A stretch of DNA of 64,000 bases. Source: a bacterium (GTDB lineage: Bacteria; Synergistota; GBS-1). The notes below the pieces were generated by a model. It was not told the DNA's origin, did not search any database, and worked only from the letters and a program-made list of their open reading frames with translations. How positions within the stretch are numbered: the first letter of the stretch is position 1; each line of letters starts with the position of its first letter. Shown here piece after piece: positions 52,118 through 60,495 of the stretch. Where the stretch lies: positions 64,001 through 128,000 of the forward strand of contig JASKLF010000006.1 in assembly GCA_030153785.1 (NCBI GenBank), in the 5' to 3' direction. A program made the position numbers and the translations under genes.

Positions 52118-52863
52118 CCATGCTCCCTCCTTCTAAGAAAACCCCACAAAAGTCCCACGAAAACAGGAAGAGCAAAGAAAATGTCGAAACTACCGCTATT
52201 CCCCATAGAACAACCTGCACTAAGATAAAGCTCTCCTTCAGCGGAATCTGTTTTAACCTGGATTTCGTTTGAAGAAGCTCGCCCCGCATCATTAAAGGCT
52301 AAAACCCTATAAGTATATTTCGTATTTTCGGAAAGTCCGCTATCTACATAAAATTCCGCATTTGGAGGAAGAACACTAACCTCAATCCAGTTCTTGCCTT
52401 CTTTTCTCTCGACGATGAAGCCATCTTCATTATCGGAAGCATCTTCCCATTCAAGCTCTATCTCTGAAGAAGAAATAGCCTCTCCCCTCAGATCATTTGG
52501 GGGGCTCGGGTAGCCCAGTGTGGTTACAAAAGAAGGAAGTTCACAATAAGAGGTAAAATAATTTCCTTGATAAGCCTTAACCCTGTAAAGATAGCTTCCA
52601 CCTGGTGTAAGATTCTCGTCATTATATACATTCAAATCTGGTGGAAGTATTGCTATTTGAACCCAACTTTCGCCGATGCTTCTCCTCTCTAATATAAAAC
52701 CGTCCTCATCTATAGAGTTATCCCACCAAGTCAACCTGATATGTGTAGGAGAAACTATTTGAGCTTCCAAGTTCGATGGTGGTAGCGGAAGAGAAAAAGC
52801 CGAAAGGGAAGATATTAAAATAAAAAATAAAGCCAGGATAACGACTCCTTTAATTCCCCCCAT
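52114..52863 (-). CDS. Two-fibronectin-type-III-domain surface protein with C-terminal sorting tail
   Basis: Two PP.nL...I.L.W.D.S..EDGF..ER...Y.YRV.A repeats; tail AGCSMG...TM...RRR. Confidence 0.85.
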   Translation of the reverse strand: MGGIKGVVILALFFILISSLSAFSLPLPPSNLEAQIVSPTHIRLTWWDNSIDEDGFILERRSIGESWVQIAILPPDLNVYNDENLTPGGSYLYRVKAYQGNYFTSYCELPSFVTTLGYPSPPNDLRGEAISSSEIELEWEDASDNEDGFIVERKEGKNWIEVSVLPPNAEFYVDSGLSENTKYTYRVLAFNDAGRASSNEIQVKTDSAEGELYLSAGCSMGNSGSFDIFFALPVFVGLLWGFLRRREHG

Positions 52864-53473
52864 CCTTACTCCTCCTCAATTGTTTCAAAAGGTAAATAGC
52901 CACCTTATCCTCCTTATCCAATTCTAAAGCTCTCTCGAGATACCACTCAGCTTTCTCACGCAAACCCAGCTCTAAAGCAACTCTTCCAGCCCAAAGAAAA
53001 GCCTTTTGAAAAGATGGGTTTAAAGCGCAAGATTTTTCATAAAGAGTCAAAGCCTTCCTCTTCTCCCCTCTTGAATAAAATAAATAGGCCCTCTCGTATA
53101 GCTCAAACGGTTCCTTCCCCTGCTCTATAACTCCCTGGCAAACCTTGATAAAATATTGAGCCACTTTGTTACCTGGTTGAACCTCTGCCAACCTTTTCCA
53201 CATGCTTAAAGCTTCACGATACAGACCCAATTCCTGGTACAGCCTTGCCAACCAATAAAGCGCTTTAGCATGATTGGGGTCTCTCTCCAGCACTATATTA
53301 TAAAATCTCACTGCCATGTCATAGAATCCTTCCTGGTAGTAATTGTACGCCCCCTCAAAATACCTTTCTGTAACCATTTTTTCCATATCTTCTTCAGTTA
53401 CTTCAGCTAAAGCAAAAGCAGGTAAAGCAACTACTATCATCCCCACTAACCAAAACAAAAGCTTTTTCCTCAT
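52850..53473 (-). CDS. Secreted tetratricopeptide repeat protein (start probably ATG 53473)
   Basis: Signal peptide MRKKLLFW...AFALA; TPR-like DPNHAKALYWLA and LNPSFQKAFLWAG. Confidence 0.8.
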   Translation of the reverse strand: MRKKLLFWLVGMIVVALPAFALAEVTEEDMEKMVTERYFEGAYNYYQEGFYDMAVRFYNIVLERDPNHAKALYWLARLYQELGLYREALSMWKRLAEVQPGNKVAQYFIKVCQGVIEQGKEPFELYERAYLFYSRGEKRKALTLYEKSCALNPSFQKAFLWAGRVALELGLREKAEWYLERALELDKEDKVAIYLLKQLRRSKDGGN

Positions 53474-53599
53474 TTTTTCCTCCCCCATAAGAAAATTATA
53501 ACACAAAGCTTTTTCTAAAAAATTATCTACCTCATACTTGATTTTGCCATAGGGTTAGTTTTATAATTTTAGGGAACTTTATAAGTAAGGGGTGAAAAA

Positions 53600-53941
53600 A
53601 TGCGAGACCTATCACGCTTTAAACAACGACTTGAAGAAATGAGAGAAAATCTAAAAAAACGGCTGAAAGCAATAGAAGGAGAAGGATACCAGCACGTAGG
53701 GTCCGAAGAGGTTGATATCGCAAATTATATGAATGAAATGGATTCCCTCTTTAGGGAAAAGGAGGAATCCGAAAAAACCCTTAAAAGGGTTGAAAGGGCC
53801 CTAAAAAGATTTGAAAAGGGGACTTACGGACTCTGTGTTGACTGCGGAAAAGAGATAAGCGAAGAACGATTAGAAATAGTTCCCTTTGCTGAAAGATGTA
53901 TAGAATGCGAAAAAAAGCTTAACAAGGTAGGGAGGAAATGA
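53600..53941 (+). CDS. TraR/DksA C4 zinc-finger protein
   Basis: RAL.R...GTYGLCVDCG.EI..ERL...P.A.RCIEC; coiled-coil tip EEVDIA. Confidence 0.88.
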   Translation: MRDLSRFKQRLEEMRENLKKRLKAIEGEGYQHVGSEEVDIANYMNEMDSLFREKEESEKTLKRVERALKRFEKGTYGLCVDCGKEISEERLEIVPFAERCIECEKKLNKVGRK

Positions 53942-53945
53942 AATA

Positions 53946-55229
53946 GTGGTAAGAGTCAGATTTGCCCCAAGCCCAACAGGTGCCCTTCACGTGGGAGGAG
54001 CAAGAACTGCCCTCTTTAATTGGCTTTTTGCCAGAAACCAAAAGGGAACTTTTATTTTAAGAATAGAAGACAGTGATTTTCAAAGATCAACAAAAGAAGC
54101 TGAAGAAACCATCCTTCAAGGAATGCTCTGGTTAGGGCTAAATTGGGATGAGGGCCCCTATAGACAAAGCGAAAGGCTAGAAATATATAGAAAGTATGCA
54201 AAGAAGCTTGTTGATGAAGGAAAAGGATATGAAGAAAAAGGTGCTCTGATCTTTAAAGTTCCGCCAGGGGAAACAAGCTTCAAGGATATAGTATGGGGAG
54301 AAATAAAAATTAAAAACGAAACTTTAAAAGACATTGTCATGATTAAATCCGATGGAACTCCCACTTATAACTTTGCTGTTGTCGTAGATGACCACGAAAT
54401 GGGAATAACTCACGTTATCAGAGGAGAAGATCACATAGCCAACACACCTAAACAAATTCTAATTTACAAAGCTTTTGACTGGGAACCTCCTCAATTTGCA
54501 CATCTTCCTATGATATTAGGTCCCGACAAGTCAAAGCTAAGCAAAAGACATGGAGCAACATCCGTAGCAGAATATAAAAACTTGGGCTTTCTTTCCGATG
54601 CGTTTTTTAACTACTTGGCGCTACTCGGTTGGAACCCCGGATTTGACCAAGAGATATTCTCACGTGAGGAGCTAATTGAACTTTTCTCTCTTGATAGAGT
54701 TATAAAAAGAGGAGCTGTTTTCGACATAAAGAAATTAGAATGGATGAACGCCCAATATATAAAAAAGACGCCCGGCGAAAAACTTTTAGAACTTGTAATG
54801 CCTTTCTGGAAAAATAAAGGACTGATTAACGATGATCACAGCTTAGACAGAGAATATCTCGTTAAGGTTATAGAGATAGTAAAAGGCAGATGTAAAACCT
54901 TAGTAGACTTAGCTGATTTTACAGATTACTTCTTGCAAAAAGAGATAACCTATGATAAAATTCTCTTAGACCAAGAAGTAAAGGGAAAAGAAAACCTTTT
55001 AAGCGAAATCGCAGAAAGATTAGAAAAGTTAGAACCCTTTGAAACAAAAAATATCGAGGCTTGTCTTCGGACTTTTGCCGAGGAAAAAAACATAAAGCTA
55101 AAAGAAATAGCGCAAGCCATAAGGGTGGCTATAAGTGGCAAAAAGGTTACCCCTCCTTTATTTGAAGTGATGGAAACCTTAGGAAAAGAGAGGGTTGTTG
55201 AAAGGTTAAAACGCTGGGGAATCGTCTAA
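53946..55229 (+). CDS. gltX: Glutamate--tRNA ligase
   Basis: VRFAPSPTG.LHVGG, RIED, DDH.M.ITHVIRGEDH, KLSKRHG. Confidence 0.97.
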   Translation: MVRVRFAPSPTGALHVGGARTALFNWLFARNQKGTFILRIEDSDFQRSTKEAEETILQGMLWLGLNWDEGPYRQSERLEIYRKYAKKLVDEGKGYEEKGALIFKVPPGETSFKDIVWGEIKIKNETLKDIVMIKSDGTPTYNFAVVVDDHEMGITHVIRGEDHIANTPKQILIYKAFDWEPPQFAHLPMILGPDKSKLSKRHGATSVAEYKNLGFLSDAFFNYLALLGWNPGFDQEIFSREELIELFSLDRVIKRGAVFDIKKLEWMNAQYIKKTPGEKLLELVMPFWKNKGLINDDHSLDREYLVKVIEIVKGRCKTLVDLADFTDYFLQKEITYDKILLDQEVKGKENLLSEIAERLEKLEPFETKNIEACLRTFAEEKNIKLKEIAQAIRVAISGKKVTPPLFEVMETLGKERVVERLKRWGIV

Positions 55230-55289
55230 GTGGCAGGACACGGGACTCTGGATCCCGGCGTGGAGGTTCGAGTCCTCCTTCCCCAGCCA
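55215..55289 (+). tRNA. tRNA-Gln(CTG), overlapping the gltX 3' end
   Basis: TGGGGAATCGTCTAAGTGGCAGGAC, CGGGA-CTCTGGA-TCCCG, GGTTCGAGTCC, TTCCCCAGCCA. Confidence 0.93.
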
Positions 55290-55301
55290 TTAATAAAGGG
55301 T

Positions 55302-55377
55302 GGCCCCTTCGTCTAGCGGCCTAGGATGTCGGGTTCTCAGTCCGACGACACGGGTTCGAATCCCGTAGGGGCTGCCA
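55302..55377 (+). tRNA. tRNA-Glu(CTC)
   Basis: GGCCCCTTCGTCTAGCGGCCTAGGA, TCGGG-TTCTCAG-TCCGA, GGTTCGAATCC, GCCA end. Confidence 0.95.
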
Positions 55378-55472
55378 TTTTTTTATACTATGAACCCCAT
55401 TCTTCCCCACAAGGTTAAAAGGTAACGAGGAAATAAAAAATTAAGAGGAGAGAGCCATTTGGGCTGCCATTT
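55369..55472 (+). repeat. 12-bp direct repeat of the tRNA-Glu 3' end
   Basis: GGGCTGCCATTT at 55369-55380 and 55461-55472. Confidence 0.6.
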
Positions 55473-55482
55473 AAATGAAATG

Positions 55483-55516
55483 AAGGGCCAAGAGGAGCGT
55501 TCCTCTTGGCCTTTTT
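55483..55516. terminator. Intrinsic terminator after gltX-tRNAs
   Basis: GGCCAAGAGGA-GCGT-TCCTCTTGGCC-TTTTT. Confidence 0.88.
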
Positions 55517-55521
55517 GGTTC

Positions 55522-56430
55522 TTAGAACCTGTTAACTAAGTAAACACCAGTTAGTATTAAAGTTCCTCCAAAAAGCAACGCGAAACTCAAAGGCTCTCCC
55601 AAGATAAGAGAAGCGGATATCATCCCAACTATGGGCTGTAGATTCATGAAAATTCCTACCTTAGAAGCTTCCATAACATCTAAGGCATCATACCAAAAGG
55701 CATGAGCAAATCCCGTACATAAAACTCCTAAAAATAGAGTTGAAATTAAAAGCTTAAAATCACTTACAACAACTAAAAAATCCCCCACCCTACCCACAAA
55801 TATGAAAGTAAATCCCGCAAGAACTAAGCCCCATAGAGCATTATAGAATATTACCACGATTTGAGGTATACTCTTATGTTTCTTCAAAAAAGCTCTGGAA
55901 ATAACGGAAAACAATGCCCAGTTAACCGATGTAGCCAAAATAATAATATCCCCGATGGTCCTTATCCCCTGCTTAAACACCAGAAAAAGGTCTCCCTCTG
56001 TAACAACAACCAAAACTCCAATGAAAGAGAATAAAACACCCAAGGTTTTAAGAAAGCTAAAGCGCTCTTTAAGTAAAAATCTGCTGAGTATGGCAATAAA
56101 AACGGGAGCCGTAGCTATTATCCATGTAGCGGTAGAAGCCTTAGAAGTATAGAGAGCATAAGCCTGAACCCATTGATGCATAAAAACTCCCATAAACCCA
56201 AAAAACAAAAACCAAGGAATAACATTTAGTGAAACACGCAAAGACAGACCTCTCCTCTTCAAGATAAAAAACATGACTATAACACCGATCAAGGTTCTTG
56301 AAAATACTATAGAGAGGGGTTCCACATAAGGAACAAGATATTTAGTAAATACGAATGCCATACCCCAAACAGAAACCGTCAAAAGAATTTTAAAGTAAAT
56401 ACCCCAAGAAACATCGCTTCTTGAAACCAA
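55522..56430 (-). CDS. DMT/EamA family transporter
   Basis: About 10 TMs; WG..F, R......, P.F...L....LKE, LGE at the C-terminal repeat. Confidence 0.9.
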   Translation of the reverse strand: MVSRSDVSWGIYFKILLTVSVWGMAFVFTKYLVPYVEPLSIVFSRTLIGVIVMFFILKRRGLSLRVSLNVIPWFLFFGFMGVFMHQWVQAYALYTSKASTATWIIATAPVFIAILSRFLLKERFSFLKTLGVLFSFIGVLVVVTEGDLFLVFKQGIRTIGDIIILATSVNWALFSVISRAFLKKHKSIPQIVVIFYNALWGLVLAGFTFIFVGRVGDFLVVVSDFKLLISTLFLGVLCTGFAHAFWYDALDVMEASKVGIFMNLQPIVGMISASLILGEPLSFALLFGGTLILTGVYLVNRF

Positions 56431-56529
56431 CGTCTAACACCCCTTTTAAAGAAAGAAGTCTACTCCAAGCCCCACTATATTTTAGCAGTGAAAGAAAAGA
56501 AAGCAAGCGGTTACTCTAAACTGCCACCA

Positions 56530-57738
56530 TCAGCTTTTATACTTATCGACTAACTCCAAAAATTCTTCATCCGTCAAGGTTCTCTTTTTCTCTATACCAG
56601 CCTTCTTTACATCCTCCAAAAGCATCTTCTTCTTATCCTCTTCGAGTTCTATACCGTATTCCTTCAACTTAAAGTTAATCGAAGTCATGCCACTCTTTTT
56701 GCCCAAAAGGAGCTTAGCCCTTTTACCAAGAAAAGAAGGATTTAAAGCAAACATGGCAAGGGGAGCCTTAAATATCATGTCTGCTCCTATTCCAGATTCT
56801 CTACTGAAAATCTCAGCTCCTACAATAGGTTTATTAGGTGGAACAGGAAAACCTGTAGCCTCCCTAACCAAATCAGAAAGCTCCTGAAGCTTCGAAAGGT
56901 CTATCCCTATGTCTATCCCCATAAGAAGAGTTATAACGGTAACTATTTCTTCCGTACTACAGTTACCCGTCCTCTCTCCCATGCCGTTCACACAACAGTG
57001 AACAACTTCGGCACCCGCTTTTAAAGCGGCAATGCTATTTGCAACAGCCAAGCCAAAATCGTTATGGGTATGAACTTCAACAGGAATATCAACTATAGAT
57101 TTCATAAGAGAAACAATATATCCCATACCTTCAGGGAGAGCACAACCCATTGTGTCAACAACAGCGATAGCATCTGGAAGAACATTCGCATTTTTAAGTT
57201 CCGTTAACAACTTAACAAGGTCCTCTTCCTCTGACCTTGTAGTATCAAAAGGAAAGAAAACAGTGTATAACCCTATCTCTTTAGCCTTGCTTAATGACCT
57301 TAAGCTTACCTCTATAGCCCTATCTATGGGCCAACCAAATTGGTACTCCAGCTTCGGCCTGCTTATGGGAACCTCGATGATAATCCCGTCAACCTCACAA
57401 TCAGCGGCAGCCATAATATCTTCCTCTCTAGCGCGAACAAACCCAAAAATTTTAGATGGGAGCCCCAGTCTTTTCATCTCCTTTATAGCTTCCTTATCTT
57501 CATCTGAAACCACAGGCATACCACCTTCAATTCTATGAATTCCAACCTCACTTAATTTAGCAGCTATTCTAACCTTCTCATCCTTTCTCAAAACTACACC
57601 CGGTGTTTGCTCTCCGTCCCGCAAGGTAGCATCATGAATCTGAATCCTCGATGGCAAATTCCAACCCCTTCTAATTTCTTCCTTAAAATTATAGGGACTT
57701 ACCCACCAATTTTCCGATCTGTAAGAAGCCGCGCTCAT
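56530..57738 (-). CDS. DRE-TIM metallolyase (homocitrate/isopropylmalate synthase-like, no regulatory domain)
   Basis: DATLRDGEQTPG, DTMG, HTHNDFGLAVAN, NGMGERTGN, LGKKSG. Confidence 0.8.
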   Translation of the reverse strand: MSAASYRSENWWVSPYNFKEEIRRGWNLPSRIQIHDATLRDGEQTPGVVLRKDEKVRIAAKLSEVGIHRIEGGMPVVSDEDKEAIKEMKRLGLPSKIFGFVRAREEDIMAAADCEVDGIIIEVPISRPKLEYQFGWPIDRAIEVSLRSLSKAKEIGLYTVFFPFDTTRSEEEDLVKLLTELKNANVLPDAIAVVDTMGCALPEGMGYIVSLMKSIVDIPVEVHTHNDFGLAVANSIAALKAGAEVVHCCVNGMGERTGNCSTEEIVTVITLLMGIDIGIDLSKLQELSDLVREATGFPVPPNKPIVGAEIFSRESGIGADMIFKAPLAMFALNPSFLGKRAKLLLGKKSGMTSINFKLKEYGIELEEDKKKMLLEDVKKAGIEKKRTLTDEEFLELVDKYKS

Positions 57739-59582
57739 AAAATCCCCTCCTTAGTCTTAATTTTTGATAAAGCATATGTAAATAATACCAAACCAAGACC
57801 TAATAAGTCGGTAATCAATCCCTCCTTTATCAACAAGACCCCCGCCACCAAAAGAAAGGCCCTCTGCCAAACTTTAAGTTCCACTCCAATATAACCCACT
57901 ATAGCTGAGGCTATTGCGAAAACCCCTAATGCAGCGAAAAGAAAAGACCCCACAACCTTTATAAAGGTTCCCTCCAACAGTAATGTAGGACTATAAACAA
58001 ACATATACGGTAGTATAAAACTAACCAACCCATACTTAAAGGCTGTCCATCCCACTTTATTTAGGTTTGCTTTTGCGATTCCAGCAGCAACATAAGAAGC
58101 AAGAGCAACTGGAGGTGTGATAGTCGAAACACATCCAAAGAAAAATACAAATAAATGAGCACTAAGCAAGGGAACACCCATCTTAACAAGGGTAGGAGCT
58201 ACTACCGAGGCTAAAATAAGATAAGCAGCAGTGGTAGGGAGTCCCATCCCTAATATTATGGAAAATACCATCGTCCATATAAGGGCTAGCAATTTAGCAC
58301 CTGCCGAAAGAGTAAAAATCATGGAAGAAATTCTTATACCCAACCCAGTTAAGGAAAGAACCCCAACTATGATACCTGAAGCTGCACATGCAATAGCAAT
58401 GGAAAGGGTATCCTTTGCTCCCTTTTCCAGGGCATTTAAAGTTTTAATTAAAAAGTCCTTATCAAACTTTCTTTTAGAAATCAAGTGAATGGCAAGTAAT
58501 GTCAAAATAGAATAATAGGCAGCTTTAAAGGGGGAATATCCCCTCACAAGCACGTAAACGAGAACCGCTATGGGTATAATAAAATGCCATCCTCCCTTTA
58601 TTACCTCTAAAAATTTAAGCTCTACTTCTTCCGCCTTATATTCTTTAAATCTCCCCTTCTTAGCTTCCAAATGAACTATAATAAATATGGAGAGAAAATA
58701 CAATATGGCAGGTAAAACCGCTGCTTTCATTATAGATACGTAAGGTTTTCCTATGATCTCAGCCATAATAAAGGCAGCAGCACCCATAATGGGGGGCATT
58801 ATTTGCCCCCCAGTTGCTGCTACAGCTGATATAGCGCCAGCCTTTTCTGGCGAGTATCCCTCTCTTATCATCATAGGAATGGTTAAACTACCCGTTATAG
58901 CCACATTACCCGCTGCGGAACCAGAAATCATTCCCACCAATGCACTAAAAACTATGGATGTCTTCGCAGCAGCCGCTATAACATTCTTGGTAAGGGATGA
59001 AGCAAATTTATAAAGAAAATCACTTGCTCCAAACTCGCTTAAGAAAGCACCGTAAATACAGAAAAGAATTATATACGTTGAAGAAACCCCTATAGGGATA
59101 CCAAAAAGTCCTTCTGTTGAAGCAAACAGAAAGCTCATAACCCTGCTTAAGCTATATCCCTTACCCTTAAGCACAAAAGGAAGATAAGGAGCAACAAAAG
59201 GATAAATTAAAAATAAAGCGCTTATCAAAGCTAAAGCAGTTCCCGCTGCTCTCCGCGTAGCCTCTAAAACCAGGAAAACTGTCAAAACGCCCAACCAAAT
59301 ATCAGACTCTACTGTAACTCCCCCACTCAATGCAATGTCTTCCCATCTTATCAAAATGTAGATACCGCTTAAAAGTGATAATACCAACAGAGCAACGTTT
59401 CCTACAAACTTTAATTTGTTGTTTGTAGTCTCCTTTAATAAAGAAGCAGAGAAACAAAGAAACAGCATCATCATTAAGTGAAAAGCTCTAAGGCTCATTG
59501 CTGAAAGAGATATAATTCCTGACACATTTAGAATGTGAACTATAGAAGTCAAGGCTCCCATCCAAAATACTACATTTCTCAA
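57735..59582 (-). CDS. TAXI-TRAP fused 4TM/12TM permease
   Basis: GMISGSAAGN, TGGQIMPPIMGAAAF, LGMGLPTTAAY, ITPPVAL. Confidence 0.92.
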   Translation of the reverse strand: MRNVVFWMGALTSIVHILNVSGIISLSAMSLRAFHLMMMLFLCFSASLLKETTNNKLKFVGNVALLVLSLLSGIYILIRWEDIALSGGVTVESDIWLGVLTVFLVLEATRRAAGTALALISALFLIYPFVAPYLPFVLKGKGYSLSRVMSFLFASTEGLFGIPIGVSSTYIILFCIYGAFLSEFGASDFLYKFASSLTKNVIAAAAKTSIVFSALVGMISGSAAGNVAITGSLTIPMMIREGYSPEKAGAISAVAATGGQIMPPIMGAAAFIMAEIIGKPYVSIMKAAVLPAILYFLSIFIIVHLEAKKGRFKEYKAEEVELKFLEVIKGGWHFIIPIAVLVYVLVRGYSPFKAAYYSILTLLAIHLISKRKFDKDFLIKTLNALEKGAKDTLSIAIACAASGIIVGVLSLTGLGIRISSMIFTLSAGAKLLALIWTMVFSIILGMGLPTTAAYLILASVVAPTLVKMGVPLLSAHLFVFFFGCVSTITPPVALASYVAAGIAKANLNKVGWTAFKYGLVSFILPYMFVYSPTLLLEGTFIKVVGSFLFAALGVFAIASAIVGYIGVELKVWQRAFLLVAGVLLIKEGLITDLLGLGLVLFTYALSKIKTKEGIL

Positions 59583-59597
59583 ATTAAACAGCCTCCC

Positions 59598-60479
59598 TCA
59601 AATACCAAGTAATCTTGAAGGAACCTCCCTTGTCATAATATCCAACTCCTTTTTGTCAATACCGAATCTTAAAAGAACATAGCAGTATGCTCTTAATCCT
59701 TCTACAGGAGATGGACTATACACCTGACCATAGTCTGTAATCAAAGCGCAATGTTGTGGCCCGATCTCCTTTACTATGCTCACTATCTCTCTCGGGTCCT
59801 GCTTTCCGTTATATGGAGAACAAACTCCATAGGAAAGAGTTAAGGTGGCGCCTAAAGAGGTAAGCTCCCTTAAAACAGGAATACTAAAATCCTCCGTCCA
59901 CGCATTGGGATGAGTTATCTCCAGCTTTTCGTATCCTATGGTTTTGCTCTCCTTAGCTAAAGCAAGACACTCTTGAGGAGATATATGTCCCGATGCCAGT
60001 ATTGCATCATATTCCTTACAAGCTCTTAAAATTTCTTGAACCTCCTCTTTCAATTTTCCCTCTTCGTTCAATATAGAAAGGGGCTCAACCTTTCTACCAA
60101 AGGAAGAAGTATTAACATAAGCTTTTATCCAGTGACCCTTTTCGGCTTTCTTAATAGCATATTCTGCGTCCGTGGTAGGCAACCAAATCACCTTTCCACC
60201 AGACCTAAGTGTTGCTAAAACCGTTCTTACATTTAAACCCCCTGTAGGTCCATTCAGAGCTATGCCCCCAAATACCTTAACACTTAATCCAAGTTGATTT
60301 GCCAAATGAGCACCATCAACTGTGGGAGCCAAATGGGTTTTTATAACTATGGCCTTCATTTTTCGAGAATCCGCTTCCTTAGCCAGTCTAAAAGCATCTC
60401 CATAGCGAGGAACATAATCAGGACCCACATGAATATGAAGATCTATCATGCCTTCCAAAATACCATCATCAACGAACAT
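59598..60479 (-). CDS. Amidohydrolase-fold metalloprotein (DUF6282-like; start ATG 60479)
   Basis: IDLHIH.GPD, IKTH, GGIALN...GGLN, WLPT, SGHIS, ITHP, TDYGQ. Confidence 0.78.
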   Translation of the reverse strand: MFVDDGILEGMIDLHIHVGPDYVPRYGDAFRLAKEADSRKMKAIVIKTHLAPTVDGAHLANQLGLSVKVFGGIALNGPTGGLNVRTVLATLRSGGKVIWLPTTDAEYAIKKAEKGHWIKAYVNTSSFGRKVEPLSILNEEGKLKEEVQEILRACKEYDAILASGHISPQECLALAKESKTIGYEKLEITHPNAWTEDFSIPVLRELTSLGATLTLSYGVCSPYNGKQDPREIVSIVKEIGPQHCALITDYGQVYSPSPVEGLRAYCYVLLRFGIDKKELDIMTREVPSRLLGI

Positions 60480-60495
60480 CCCTTTTCCTCCTCCG

